DNA of 64,000 nt from Octopus sinensis (GCF_006345805.1 NC_042998.1:192758001-192822000), one strand, 5' to 3'; shown: positions 23,235 to 35,332, counted from the first letter of the stretch. Program-made: numbers and translations. Notes: generated by a model not told the origin, from the sequence alone.

Positions 23235-24640
23235 AGATATAGCCACAAATCCCTTCAGGTGGATGGCCCTGCTCGGTCTGTAGAAAAGGCGTAGGTAGAA
23301 ACTCTATAAGATGTACCCAGTATAAGCTATGGACACATAAGAGGTGCAGCAATATCGAAGGAAGTCTTACTGGGAGGATAGTTTTTGTATGTGGCAGATG
23401 CTCGGGAGCAATAAATAACACTGAAAATGTACAGAGAACAACTTCCACTACATTCCAGGGAGAAAAACTAGAATTAGTTGATAGCTTCCGTTACCTAAGT
23501 GACCAAGTCAGTAGCAGGGGAGGGTGCGCTGAAAGTGTAGCTGCTAGAATAAGAATAGCCTGGGCAAAGTTCAGAGAGCTCTTACCTCTACTGGTGACAA
23601 AGGGCTTATCGCTCAGAGTAAAAGATAGACTATATGACGCATGTGTACGAACAGCCATGCTACATGGCAGTGAAACATGGCCGTGACTGCTGAGGACATG
23701 CGTAAGCTCGCAATGAATGAAGCCAGCATGTTCCGATGGATGTGTAATGTCAGTGTGCATACTCGACAGAGTGTTAGTGCCTTGAGAGAAAGATTGGCCC
23801 TAAGAAGCATCAGATGTGGTGTGCAAGAGAGACAACTGTGCTGGTATGGTAATGTGGCGAGAACGGATGTGGATAGCTGTGTGAAAATGTGCCACGCCCT
23901 AGCAGTTGACGGAACCTGTAGAAGAAGTAGACCCAGGAAGACCTGGGATGAGGTGGTGAAGCATGAGCTTCGAACATTGGGCCTCACCGAGGCAATGACT
24001 AGTGACCGGAACCTTTGGAAATATGCTGTGCTTGAGTAGACTCAGCAAGCTCAAGTGAGACCATAACCTTGTGGCCTATGCCAGGGGTGTAAGCAGCTCA
24101 CTTATACGTACCTTTCCTTAATTGGACGCTAAACTCTACTTGCGAAGACTTGTTGAGGCAAGTGAAATCGAAGTCAAATACGATGACTGGCGTCCGTGCT
24201 ATTGGAGCGCTAAGAGTACCATACGAATGAGATCGTTGCCAGAGCAACAAGCTGGAGTTAGTGCCAATGGCACGTTTAAAACACCATTCGACCGTGATCG
24301 TTACCTGTGTCGCCTTACTAGCACTTGTGCTGGTGGCACGTGAAAAAACATTCAAGCGAGGTCGTTGCCAGTGCCGCTGGACTGACTCCTGTGCAGGTGG
24401 CACATAAAAAGCACCATTTGAGCGTGGCCGTTGCCAATACCGCCTGACTGGCCCTCGTGCCGGTGGCACGTAAAAAGCACCCACTACACTCTCGGAGTGA
24501 TTGGCGTTAGGAAAGGCATCCAGCTGTAGAAAATCTACCAGATCAGATTGGAGTCTGATGCAGCCATCTGGTTCGGCAGACCTCAGTCAAATCGTCCAAA
24601 CCATGCTAGCATGGAAAGTGGATTTTAAACGACGATGATG
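23235..24640 (+). mobile_element. RTE-clade LINE 3' fragment (zinc finger, post-RT region and 3'UTR)
   Basis: RKGVGRNSIRCT..KLWTHKRCS, ARIRIAWAKFRELLPLL, YDACVRTAMLHGSET, RPRKTWDEVV; (GAT)n tail. Confidence 0.9.
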
Positions 24641-24641
24641 A

Positions 24642-24686
24642 TATATATGTATATGTATATATACATATATGTATATATATGTATAT

Positions 24687-24725
<39 letters not shown>

Positions 24726-25382
24726 TACATATATATGTATATATATACATACATATATATATGTGTATATGCATATATATATACATACATATATATATGT
24801 GTATATGCATATATATATATACACATATATATGTGTATATGCATATATATATACATACACATATATATGTGTATATGCATATATATATACATACACATAT
24901 ATATGTGTATATGCATATATATATACATACACATATATATATGTGTATATGCATATATATATACATACATATATATATATGTGTATATGCATATATATAC
25001 ATACATATATATATATGTGTATATGCATATATATACATACATATATATATATGTGTATATGCATATATATATACATACATATATATATGTGTATATGCAT
25101 ATATATATACATACATATATATATGTGTGTATATACATATATGCATATATATATATATGTATACATACATATATATATATGTGTATATACATATATGCAT
25201 ATATATATACATACATATATATATGTGTATATACATATATGCATATATATATACATACATATATATATATGTGTATATGCATATATATACATATATATAT
25301 ATGTGTATATGCATATATGCATATATATATACATATACATATATATATGTGTGTATATACATATATGCATATGTATATATAT

Positions 25383-25414
<32 letters not shown>

Positions 25415-25430
25415 TACATACATATATATA
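24642..25430. repeat. Compound (TA)n minisatellite with ~32-bp higher-order unit
   Basis: Units of the type atgtgtatatgcatatatatatacatacatat. Confidence 0.95.
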
Positions 25431-25603
25431 AATGTGTGTGTGAGGATCTATAGTGGAACCGTTTGCTTTACTGTAAGTGAATTTGTGATTTGCTAGATCA
25501 GCCTACTGTAAAAAGGTTGATGGACCTTTGTGTCAGTGAATTACAATTGATATAAACTATTAAAAGGGGATTCCTAACATGGCCCCTGTTGACATCATCT
25601 CAC

Positions 25604-25674
25604 CGTTATTTTGATCTTCTTGCAATGTAATAACATTTGTTTCTCTTGTATACAAAATTACAGCTATGGTATAT
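25604..25674 (-). CDS. Exon of gene M: YTIAVILYTRETNVITLQEDQNN
   Basis: Acceptor gttttctcttttcaag, donor GTGAGA; only the phase 2-to-1 frame is open. Confidence 0.55.
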
Positions 25675-25823
25675 CTTGAAAAGAGAAAACAGGCAATAAT
25701 AAATCATAATAAATAAATAAACAACGGTGGCAAAATATCATAGAAAATTTGCAGAAAGATATCAGAAAGGAGATAGTTTAAGCGTTGCTTTATGCATGTT
25801 TCAATGGCTTAGTTGTCACTTAC

Positions 25824-25863
25824 CCTTTCTTTCTCCATTCACACAAGTTATTTCTCTCCCTCT
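25824..25863 (-). CDS. Exon of unidentified - strand gene (gene M): RERNNLCEWRKK(G)
   Basis: Purine-rich 40 nt, TAG acceptor, donor GTAAGT; phase-2 end matches next exon; could be 5'UTR. Confidence 0.4.
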
Positions 25864-26034
25864 CTAGGACAATATATTTACGCTGTCTTATTTTACTATT
25901 TATTTCTCATGCCACTTATGTTCAAAAGAAGACTATTACATTTCTGTATCTATTTCATATGCACATAGTCACGCACACACACACACACACACACACACAA
26001 CACACACACACAGACGCACGCGATATTGTAAGTG

Positions 26035-26326
26035 AAGTGGGTCCCAAACCTGTTATTCTTATCTTCTTATTCTCCTGATTTGGCCCCATCTGACTATCAT
26101 TTGTTCCCCTCTGAAAAAATACTTGGCAGGGAACTAGTATCGCAGTAATGATGACGTCACATCTGCTACTTTTAATCACCAGTAAGATGAAATCTTCTTC
26201 ACTGATGGTATCCAAGGGAAGAAGTGCGTGGACCGCAAGGGGGGTCTATGTTGAAAAATTAACCTCATTTGGTTACATTCCATGAAAATATCTTAGTCCG
26301 CCTATGAACTTTTCAACTGACCCTTG
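26035..26326 (+). mobile_element. Mariner transposase 3' fragment with right TIR
   Basis: YSPDLAPSDYHLFP...KCVDRKG..YVEK, frameshifted; ends atgaacttttcaactgaccc. Confidence 0.85.
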
Positions 26327-26417
26327 TGTATATGTTTGTGTGTGTGTGTGTTGTGTGTGTGTGTATTTTGGTTTTCTGTCTGTGTTGCTGTTTACAGATG
26401 TAAACTTGAGTTTACAG

Positions 26418-26628
26418 CGGCGAGCTGGCAGAAACGTTAGCACGCCGGGCGAATTGCTTAGCGTTATTTCCTCTGCCGTTACGTTCTGAGTTCAAATTCA
26501 GACGAGGTCGGCTTTGCCTTTCATCCTTTCGGGGTCGATAAATTAAGTACCAGTTACGACTTAATCCCTTTTGTCTGTCCTTGTTTGTCCCCTCTGTATG
26601 TAGCCCCTTGTGGGTAGTAAAGAAATAG
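26418..26628 (+). mobile_element. SINE family B (internal deletion)
   Basis: Family match. Confidence 0.8.
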
Positions 26629-27181
26629 GTGTAAACTTGAGTTGCACCACTTAATGCCAAAGGTTACTTAACCATTCGACAGAGATCATTAAAAGAAAGA
26701 AGTAACCCGCTGAAATCGATTCTGGGTTCAGTATAATTGATCTAAGATTTTTTCCAGGCGACGGCCAGCTCTGTCACAGTCCAATGAGGTCAAGTGGTCA
26801 AGTAGCTACATTGCTGCTCGCACATTTATTTGGGGGGGGGGAGATGTGATATGAGGCTTCATATAGAACGGCTCCTAAGTGTGTGGATCGACGATCATAC
26901 AAGATGCAAGGAGTCCGGTAAACATGATGACCATTCAAGCGAAAGCTAAAGACTATCTTATTTATTAATAACATTCATCAGATTTCAGATTAGATTTCTC
27001 TTTGACATACATGTACTTTATGTGGTTACAAGTCATTGTCTTGTATTATTTGTTTTGTTTTGTTTTCCCCGAAGAAAGTTCGGTACATGGAAATCAATGG
27101 GAAAATAAGTTTTCCACTTCAAAATTCCACGTTACCACAAAACTTTCAGAAAAGAAATTAGTGTTACAGAATTCGCTTGTT

Positions 27182-27593
27182 GAATCTTTTCGGTTTGAAC
27201 GGCAGTTTTTAACATAAATTTTAGGTAACTAAAAAATTTTAAACTTCGTATACTGGTAGAATGTGTTTATAAAACATCCTTTTCTCTTGGCTTTATTGAG
27301 AAAATTCTATAGTTTGTAACATATTTGTTGTTTTTTTCTCTTCAATTTCTGCAATTTCAACCAATCAATGACGTCTACTGGAGGTGAAAACATTCTGTGC
27401 CGTATGAATATGTCCCTCGTTTAAGAAGCAGATAGGGTTTATTTACATTTGTGAAGAAAAAAAGATACCCTTCCCCCCATCCCTAACCCTAACCCAGATT
27501 GAAATGCAATAGATCGATACTAGGGTCATAATTATGGGTGACAATTTCATATGACACCGCTAGAAAAAACTGCCGTTCAAACCGAAAAGATCC
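27182..27593. mobile_element. Merlin-like MITE
   Basis: ~28-bp TIR G(A/G)ATCTTTTCGGTTTGAACGGCAGTTTTT; second copy at 49832-50249. Confidence 0.8.
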
Positions 27594-27618
27594 AACTTAT
27601 TTATTAAGAACGGCTTAC

Positions 27619-27800
27619 TTTTCAAGCGTATTTTGACAGTTTTTACCAAGGGTTTTGTATTTCCCGTTTAGTCCTTTATGTTTTCTTGTATTTTGCACTT
27701 ATTCCATCGACGTCTTAAGCGACATTTAGTCTTCTGGTTCTGTTTCGTGTGTAAACTCTTTTATGGTAGACAAAATTAATTTCAGGTTTCTTGCAATTAT
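27619..27800 (-). other. Candidate non-coding first exon of gene M (5' end undefined)
   Basis: Donor GTAAGC at 27618, no open frame leading to it, lies just beyond the CpG-depletion boundary. Confidence 0.25.
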
Positions 27801-27915
27801 TAAAACGGGTCTTAGTCTCCTATTAGGACGTGTATGTATTTTACCCTATCTGTATATTAATTTTCGTATTATTTTGTAATTAATAAAGCTTCCATGAATA
27901 ACATTTATAAATAAC

Positions 27916-27947
27916 GATAATATCGATATTTAAATATCGATATTATC
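27916..27947. promoter_or_regulatory. Perfect 32-bp palindrome containing two TATCGATA (DRE-like) motifs
   Basis: gataatatcgatattt|aaatatcgatattatc; motifs at 27921-27928 and 27935-27942. Palindrome certain, function inferred. Confidence 0.4.
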
Positions 27948-28472
27948 AAGTGGCCAGCATGGGAATAAATACCATAGAAAGGTAATAATTTTTACCACTA
28001 TAAATAAGGGTATCTGAGAGACACCACCATGCCGAAATGGCAGTCGAGACCCTGACTCTGGGAACCACCTTAAATGTTCATATCGCACCGTGAAATGGGA
28101 CAGAGAGACAAGGTAAACTAGCAAAGGGGTATTGCTGGATAATTCAAGATCCTGGATTTCTAGATTTGCTTCAAATAAGCTCTGCCTTCATCAGTTGAAT
28201 ATACCAGATGGGCACATAAATACAAATATATATTTAACATTCTAGTTTCGGAGGTGCGGAAGTCAATATAAGAAGGATTTTAAATCGTGTTTTGCATTTC
28301 GTTTCAATAGCTCCTTGTTCAAATGCATTAACAGCGAGAATATCGTATTTTTACGTCTTATATAACGATTAGGCATGAAGTTTACAACTTTCAATGTTTG
28401 CACAGAAATTTGCAAAGGATATTATGAATTATCCATCTGAGGTTGAGTCAGTATCTTGTAGGTTTATGGTTT

Positions 28473-28701
28473 ACTCTTTTACTCTTTTACTTGTTTCAGT
28501 CATTTGACTGCGGCCATGCTGGAGCACCGCCTTTAGTCGAGCAAATCGACCCCGGTACTTATTCTTTTTGTAAGCCCAGTACTTATTGTATCGGTCTCTT
28601 TTGCCGAACCACTAAGTAACGGGGACGTAAACACACCAGCATCGTTTGTCAAGCGATGCTGGGGGGACAAACACAGACACACAAACACACACACATACAC
28701 G

Positions 28702-28738
<37 letters not shown>

Positions 28739-28908
28739 TATATATATACATATATACGACAAGCTTCTTTCAGTTTCCGTCTACCAAATCTACTCACAAG
28801 GCCCGAGGCTATAGCAGAAGACACTTGCCCAAGATGCCACGCAGTGACACTGAACCCGGAACCATGTGGTTGGTTAGCAAGCTACTTACCACACAGCCAC
28901 TCCTGCGA
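28473..28908 (-). mobile_element. SINE family A flanked by a 95-bp direct repeat
   Basis: 28378-28472 equals 28909-29003 with 2 mismatches. Confidence 0.85.
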
Positions 28909-29043
28909 AAGTTTACAACTTTCAATGTTTGCACAGAAATTTGCAAATGATATTATGAATTATCCATCTGAAGTTGAGTCAGTATCTTGTAGGTTTATGG
29001 TTTGATGACATTTTTATTTTGGTATTTTAGAAGTGGCTCTAAT

Positions 29044-29427
29044 GGAAGCACTCCGTCGGTTACGACGACAAGGGTTCCGGTTGATCCGAATCAACGGAAC
29101 AGCTTGCTCGTGAAATTAACGTGAAAGTGGCTGAGCACTCCACAGACACGTGCACCCTTAACGTAGTTCTCGGGGATATTCAGCGTGACACAGAGAGTGA
29201 CAAGGCCGGCCCTTTTAAATACAGGTACAACAGAAACAGGAAGTAAGAGTGAGAGAAAGTTGTGGTGGAAGAGTACAGCAGGGATCACCACCATCCCCTG
29301 CCGGAGCCTCGTGGAGCTTTTAGGTGTTTTCGCTCAATAAACACTCACAACGCCCGGTCTGGGAATCGAAACCGCGATCCTACGACGGCGAGTCTGCTGC
29401 CCTAACCACTGGACCATTGCGCCTCCA
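29044..29427 (-). mobile_element. tRNA-derived SINE family D, full length
   Basis: Near-identical copies at 57531-57914 and 58694-59076. Confidence 0.88.
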
Positions 29428-29769
29428 AGTGGTTCTATTACTGCCTTTATGACTGGAAGTAATGTATGCTGCGACCTGGTTCATCTAATAAGAATTTGAA
29501 CATTTTTATTCTTCTGTAACATTGAGTGCATTTGATGAACGTAATTCAGTTTATTATTTGTTGATGAAAGAAAATCGTAATTAACAACTGTTTTCAAATC
29601 TGGTAATAACGACATCAATACTAACAACACCACTCCTATAAGTCTTGTCTACTTTCAAAAGATCAATAAGGAAAGCCATCAATTACCACTTGAGTCAACT
29701 ATATATATATAGAAAAGTCGATAGTCCTGGAAACTTTGCACCAAACAATATATATATATATATATATTG

Positions 29770-30105
29770 TTAGTTAGTTAGTTAGTTAGTTAATTTTTTG
29801 GCTCAAAAAGCAAAAAAGCAAGGCCATGTAGGGAGACATGGAGTTATGTACAAGGTGGTGTTCATGTAAAGAGTTCAGGCCACTTGTGGTCAAGGGACAC
29901 TTTGAACCGAGCGGTCGTCGTCGGCATCTTCACCATCTCGTCCGGCAGCTTATTCCACGGATCCGCAACCTGGACGGAGAAAGCCCCCCCCCTCCTTCGA
30001 TTGAGATGAAATCGTCACAGATAGAGCTTTTCGGAATGACCCCCCGCAGCCGACGCTCTGGAGCAGCAGTGAAGAAGAGCGTCGGCTGCGGGGTCATTCC
30101 GAAAA
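29770..30105 (-). mobile_element. CR1-clade LINE 3' fragment with fold-back 5' end
   Basis: FFTAAPERRLRG.HSEKLYL.RFHLNRRRGAFSVQVADPWNKLPDEMV; (CTAA)n tail; 30-bp inverted copy at 30076-30105. Confidence 0.85.
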
Positions 30106-30107
30106 AC

Positions 30108-30145
<38 letters not shown>

Positions 30146-31029
30146 TATATATAGTTGTTTACTTCCTTAATACACATACATACACATATATACAAGTGTG
30201 GAAGACAGACGAGAATCAAGGTTTAATAAGATTAAAGTTGTGAAATAGTTTGGTCGCACAAGTTATAATTTTATCGACAGAAGTAACTAAGTTATTTCTG
30301 TTTCATTTATAGGGATTGTAAAAATATTAAAATACTCTGTTTAATTTCCACCGACAACGTTATTTATTACAACAAATTAGATATCTATAAAATAGTTGTA
30401 TATTAGACAAAATGCTTCAGTATTAAATACAACACACGACGTAATGTTTGTTATGAGAAAAGATTTTATTGTAATTAAATTTTAATATATATTTCTCTAA
30501 ATATTTGTTACTTATTAGATTATATCATTTTGTAAACGATTACCATATTTTTATGATCTTAATTTTCGATACATATTTTAAACCTCAAAAACTATTGAGG
30601 ACACTAATTCTCTTAAACACATTTTAAATAACTCAATGAAAATCACGTTATTAAATATTCCTCTAAATAAAAATTAATCGATATATAATCCTGAGATTTT
30701 TACGAGATTTTTGTCGTTATTCTTTTGTCTTTCAAAGCAATATTTTCGGTTCGTCTTTGTAATCTACACATTTTATTCCTAGAAGCAGAAAAGCAAATGA
30801 GCCACGTATCGCCATTTAGTAAGTCAGGTAACTATGTGAAGTTGATGCAGATTGCTTTTTTGAAGCTATGTGAAACTGATATTTTCATTTACGAATTAAC
30901 ATAAATCAACCGCACTTAACCTGTAATACTTTTGCACCTGCTGCAGAGAAACAATGTGGAAACTGTTCGTGTAATCAAATATTCAAATAATCTATTCTTT
31001 ATATAGCTCTCTTCCTTTCTCTCTCTCTC

Positions 31030-31283
31030 TCTCTCTGTATATATTTATATATATTTCTTTACTGCCCACAAGAGGCTAAACATAGAGGGGACAAACAAGG
31101 ACAGACAAAGAGATTAAGTCGATTACATTGACCCGAGTGCGAAACTGGTACTTTATTTATCGACCCCGAAAGGATGAAAGGCAAAGTCGACCTCGGCGGA
31201 ATTTGAACTCAGAACGTAACGACAGACGAAATACCGCTAAACATTTCGCCCGGCGCGCTAACGTGTCTACCAGCTCGCCGCTT
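31030..31283 (-). mobile_element. SINE family B
   Basis: Family match, CpGs intact. Confidence 0.85.
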
Positions 31284-31731
31284 TCATCTGTGTCTCTCTC
31301 TGTGTGTGTGTAAACACACACACACTAATATGTGGTTTTGGAGAGTTGACTCTTTTTTCTAGCATAACATGTACATTTTGTACCCTAATTTTTATGCATA
31401 TTTTAACTATTTGGGTCAATCTTGCCGGCCATTGTATTGTTATTATTATTTTTAATGATAATAATAATATCTTGTTTAAATTTTCAACTTATTCACTATT
31501 TTTCATTTTTGAATGACGCGCGCGGTAAGATCCGATGATGATCCCAAGTTAGCGCAAAAGGTGAAACCGGTTGATACTGAGATGTCTGTACTTTTCTTTG
31601 TAGTTTTGCCAAAGTAAGGGCTATTTTTATTATATTCACTACATTAACCGTGCGTGTTTACTTATAGTGAAATATGTTGCTTTGGAGTGTTGACTCTTCT
31701 TTCTAGCATAGCTGGTACATTCTGTACCGTA

Positions 31732-31766
<35 letters not shown>

Positions 31767-32223
31767 ATATTTTAGAAAGATTAAATATATGATAAAACAT
31801 ATAGCGATGATAAAGTAATGTGCAAAATAATAAATAAAACGTATATATTTGGTAGTAAAACTATAAAGAAAGAAATGGTATAATTTAATTTTTCATTATT
31901 GAATTGATAAAAGGTTTTTTTTTTTTTCTAATTTATATATATATTATATTTTGTGAAATTTGATTTAGTATTCCTAAATTGAATTTTTCCCTGTAAGTTT
32001 GGAATAATATTCCCTCATATAATTATAATTATATATATATATATTAACATGTGCAATTGTTAATCCAAAAACGGTTTATCTTACTCCCTCACTCCGTTTA
32101 TTTTTACCTTTCTCTCTTTTCTCTCCTCATTCCTCTCTGTAGAAAATTGTAGGCTCGAAATTTGGGGGGATGGGGGTGGGGTTACTTAATCTATCGACCC
32201 CGAAAGGATGAAAGGCAAAGTCG

Positions 32224-32739
32224 GGATCTTTTCAAATTTGTGGCCAGGACCCCAGATCTTTCTAGTTAACTAAATAATTTGAAACTTTGTGTACTCATAG
32301 AGTGGAACTAGTTTATTCGCCAGTTGGAACTAGTTTATTTGAGAAAAATCTATTTTATGACTTTAATCGTAGATTAAAACTGCGAATTTTAACCAATGAG
32401 ATTGCTTGTTTTCATATCTAAAACGTTACTGCGATCTGTTAGTGTGACGTTGAAAGCAGTTTTGTGACGTCTGCTATTTCTAAAAAGCTTGTGTGTGGTA
32501 AAGTAATTTTTTTACTTACCATATTTTTATAAATTATATCGGAGAATCCATATTTTTATAACATATATCGGAGAATCCATGTGATTTTTCGTTGTTTTTC
32601 TCTTATACGTATGTGAATTATTTCTGAGTATGCATTGTCTGGGAGACTTTTTCTTGCAGTTGAGAAATTTTTGGCTGCTATTTCTAAAAAGCTCGGTGTG
32701 TGGTTAAGTAATTTTTTTACTTTACCATATTTTTATAAA

Positions 32740-32778
<39 letters not shown>

Positions 32779-33395
32779 TTACTCGGTGTATGTGTATATG
32801 TATGTCTGCATGTGTGTGTGTGTGTGTGTAAGTATGTGTAAAAAATTACATTGAATCGGCCATACATACATACATACATACACATACACAGATACATACA
32901 CACATACATTCAGGCATATACACATACACCGAGTAAAAAATTTCAGTTATCTCTCTCTTTCACACATTACTCTCTCTGTCTCTTCACACACACTAACAGA
33001 AGCACTTCACTTACACAACATACTGTCTCCCACACCCCATCAAACACACACACACACACACACATGTACATCAATGCTTCCCCTAGACGGTAACTTCAAA
33101 GACAAACTTTTGTTATTAGAAGGTGGCTGACTATAGCTTGTTTACATTTAAGATGTTTAATACGTCACGAAATTGGTGGTCGAGACGGAGTAAATAAAAT
33201 AAAGCCGAATGACGGAATATCATTGGTTAAAATTCTAATTATTAAACAACGTTAAACTTAGAAGTTACAATTCCGTTTTCATTCTGGTTTACAATTAAGT
33301 TTACTTTTGACACATTCTACCAGTATACGAAGTTTCAAATTGTTTGGTTCAGTAGGAAAAATTTGAAAAAACTGGCTTCAGAATAGAAAAGATCC
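32224..33395. mobile_element. 1.17-kb Merlin-like non-autonomous transposon inserted in a SINE B copy
   Basis: Termini GGATCTTTTC / GAAAAGATCC, 8-bp TSD caaagtcg; host SINE resumes at 33396-33497. Confidence 0.85.
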
Positions 33396-33739
33396 CAAAG
33401 TCGTCCTCGGCGGGATTTGAACTCGGAACGTAACGGCAGACGAAATACGGCTACGCATTTCGCCCGGCGTGCTAACGTTTCTGCCAGCTCGCCGCCTTTT
33501 TGTGAGTGAATATTGCCGATGGAAACAGTGAAGGCCCGCCGTGTAAACACATGCGCGAGTACGCGTGTATACATACGTATACAGGGGCACGCACGTCTGT
33601 TTGTCCACCTCCAGCGCTTGACATCTGGTACTGGTTTGCTTATATACTCATAACTTAACGTTTCGGCAAATGAACTCAGTAGAATAGAGGAGTAATGCTT
33701 AAGAAATTTAAAATAAAAATATTAATAATGAAATTATTG

Positions 33740-34110
33740 TATACAGTGCTCAGGTGCACCACAACTTGTCAAAAGTGCGTATAAAGTATATGCAGTAATG
33801 TACAAATGCCTGGAAAGTGAACAGTGTATGAGTCAGATACATGCTTGCGTGTGTATGGAGGGGAGAAAATCAGGTGTAGTGTTGGCGAATCTCAGGAAGC
33901 ATGGAAGTTTTGAAGGATGCAGTGCTCCGACAACTAACAACTGATGCCAGCAGTTTGTTCCATGCTTCAGCAACTCTTAGCGTGAAAAAAATGTTTCCGA
34001 AAGTCATGGGAGCTGTGCTGTTTTCTGACTTTGTAAACATGTCCACGGGTGTTAGATAGGTGGAGTTTGAAAAGGTGATCAGAGTTATTGTTTGTAAGAC
34101 GGTTAATAAT
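33740..34110 (-). mobile_element. CR1-clade LINE 3' fragment
   Basis: LFKLHLSNTRGHVYKVRKQHSSHDFRKHFF..RVAEAWNKL. Confidence 0.8.
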
Positions 34111-35332
34111 TTTATGTTCGATTTGTTCCACTAACCCTACAAGTCGGTGCTCCAGCATGGCTGCAATCCAATGATTCAAACCAGTAAAAGAGTATCTTTA
34201 CCACGAGAAATATCTTACATAATTCGAGTTCTTCAAATTCTATCCAAGACAGTTTCGAGTTTCATGCATTTCAGTTTATAGTAATATAAAGAAATCAAAC
34301 AGAAAAACGTTTTCTAAGTCATAAACGCATCGACATTGTAGCTTTTGCTTTCTGAAAACACCATTTACTATAATTATATCTCTGTGTATCATTCTAATGA
34401 TATATCTATGTTTCATTCAAATAATATACCCGCATATTATTCTATTAATATATTTATATATTATTCTAAAATAAACGGTGAATCAATTTAACCTAGCATT
34501 TTGTATTTCCAAATTTTGTATTTTCGTATGGTAACTAATGTTTGTACGAATAATATTTTCGTTCCAGCTCTGAATATTAGATGAATAGATTGCAAAAAAC
34601 TATTATTAAAGTATACAGGCAACTGAATAAGATTGAAAACATTCAAGATATATATTTCTGTTTTTTTTTTTTACTCGGCAGAAAGAAAAATAACGGGTTC
34701 TTCGAAATAGATCGTAAAACTGTTCAATCACTCAACTTGTTTGACTGACTCATATGCGCTTTTATCATTTCTGTGTTTTCCATAAGACACAGTAAACCTG
34801 TTTATCTTCTGATGCGATTGGAAATCAATTTATATATCTGTTTAGAGAAATAAATTATTAATTTTTATGAGTTGTAGTTTTGCTCCAATTGATATTCATA
34901 TTCGTTTATAAAAACACTAAAGAAAAACTATAGCCTAGAAAGAGAAACAAAATGTGAGAGAATGTATCTATTTGTCACCAAGCTTTTGTTAGTCTTGAAT
35001 CGCAGTATTACAAGCTGCAACACGTATTTATTTTGTAAACAGTTAGCAAGGTTGACACGTATATGTATTGCTAGTTGTGTGTATACATCCTTTAAGTTCG
35101 ATATATATATATCCTTTAAGCACGAAACGTTTTTTTTCAATATGCGCCTATTTTATTATACCGAACTACAATCTAATGATACCAATTGGCATTAGCAGTT
35201 TTTGGGGGTAAGCATAATAATAATAATAATAATATTAATAATAATAATAAGCATAATAATAATAATAATAATATTAATAATAATAATAATAAGCATAATA
35301 ATAATAATAATAAATGCCCTGATGCAGTACCA

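Noticed and set aside
21479-25453. Long YI/CI/HI-rich ORFs (up to 272 aa) on both strands
   Set aside because: They are translations of (TA)n-based minisatellites, open in several frames at once.
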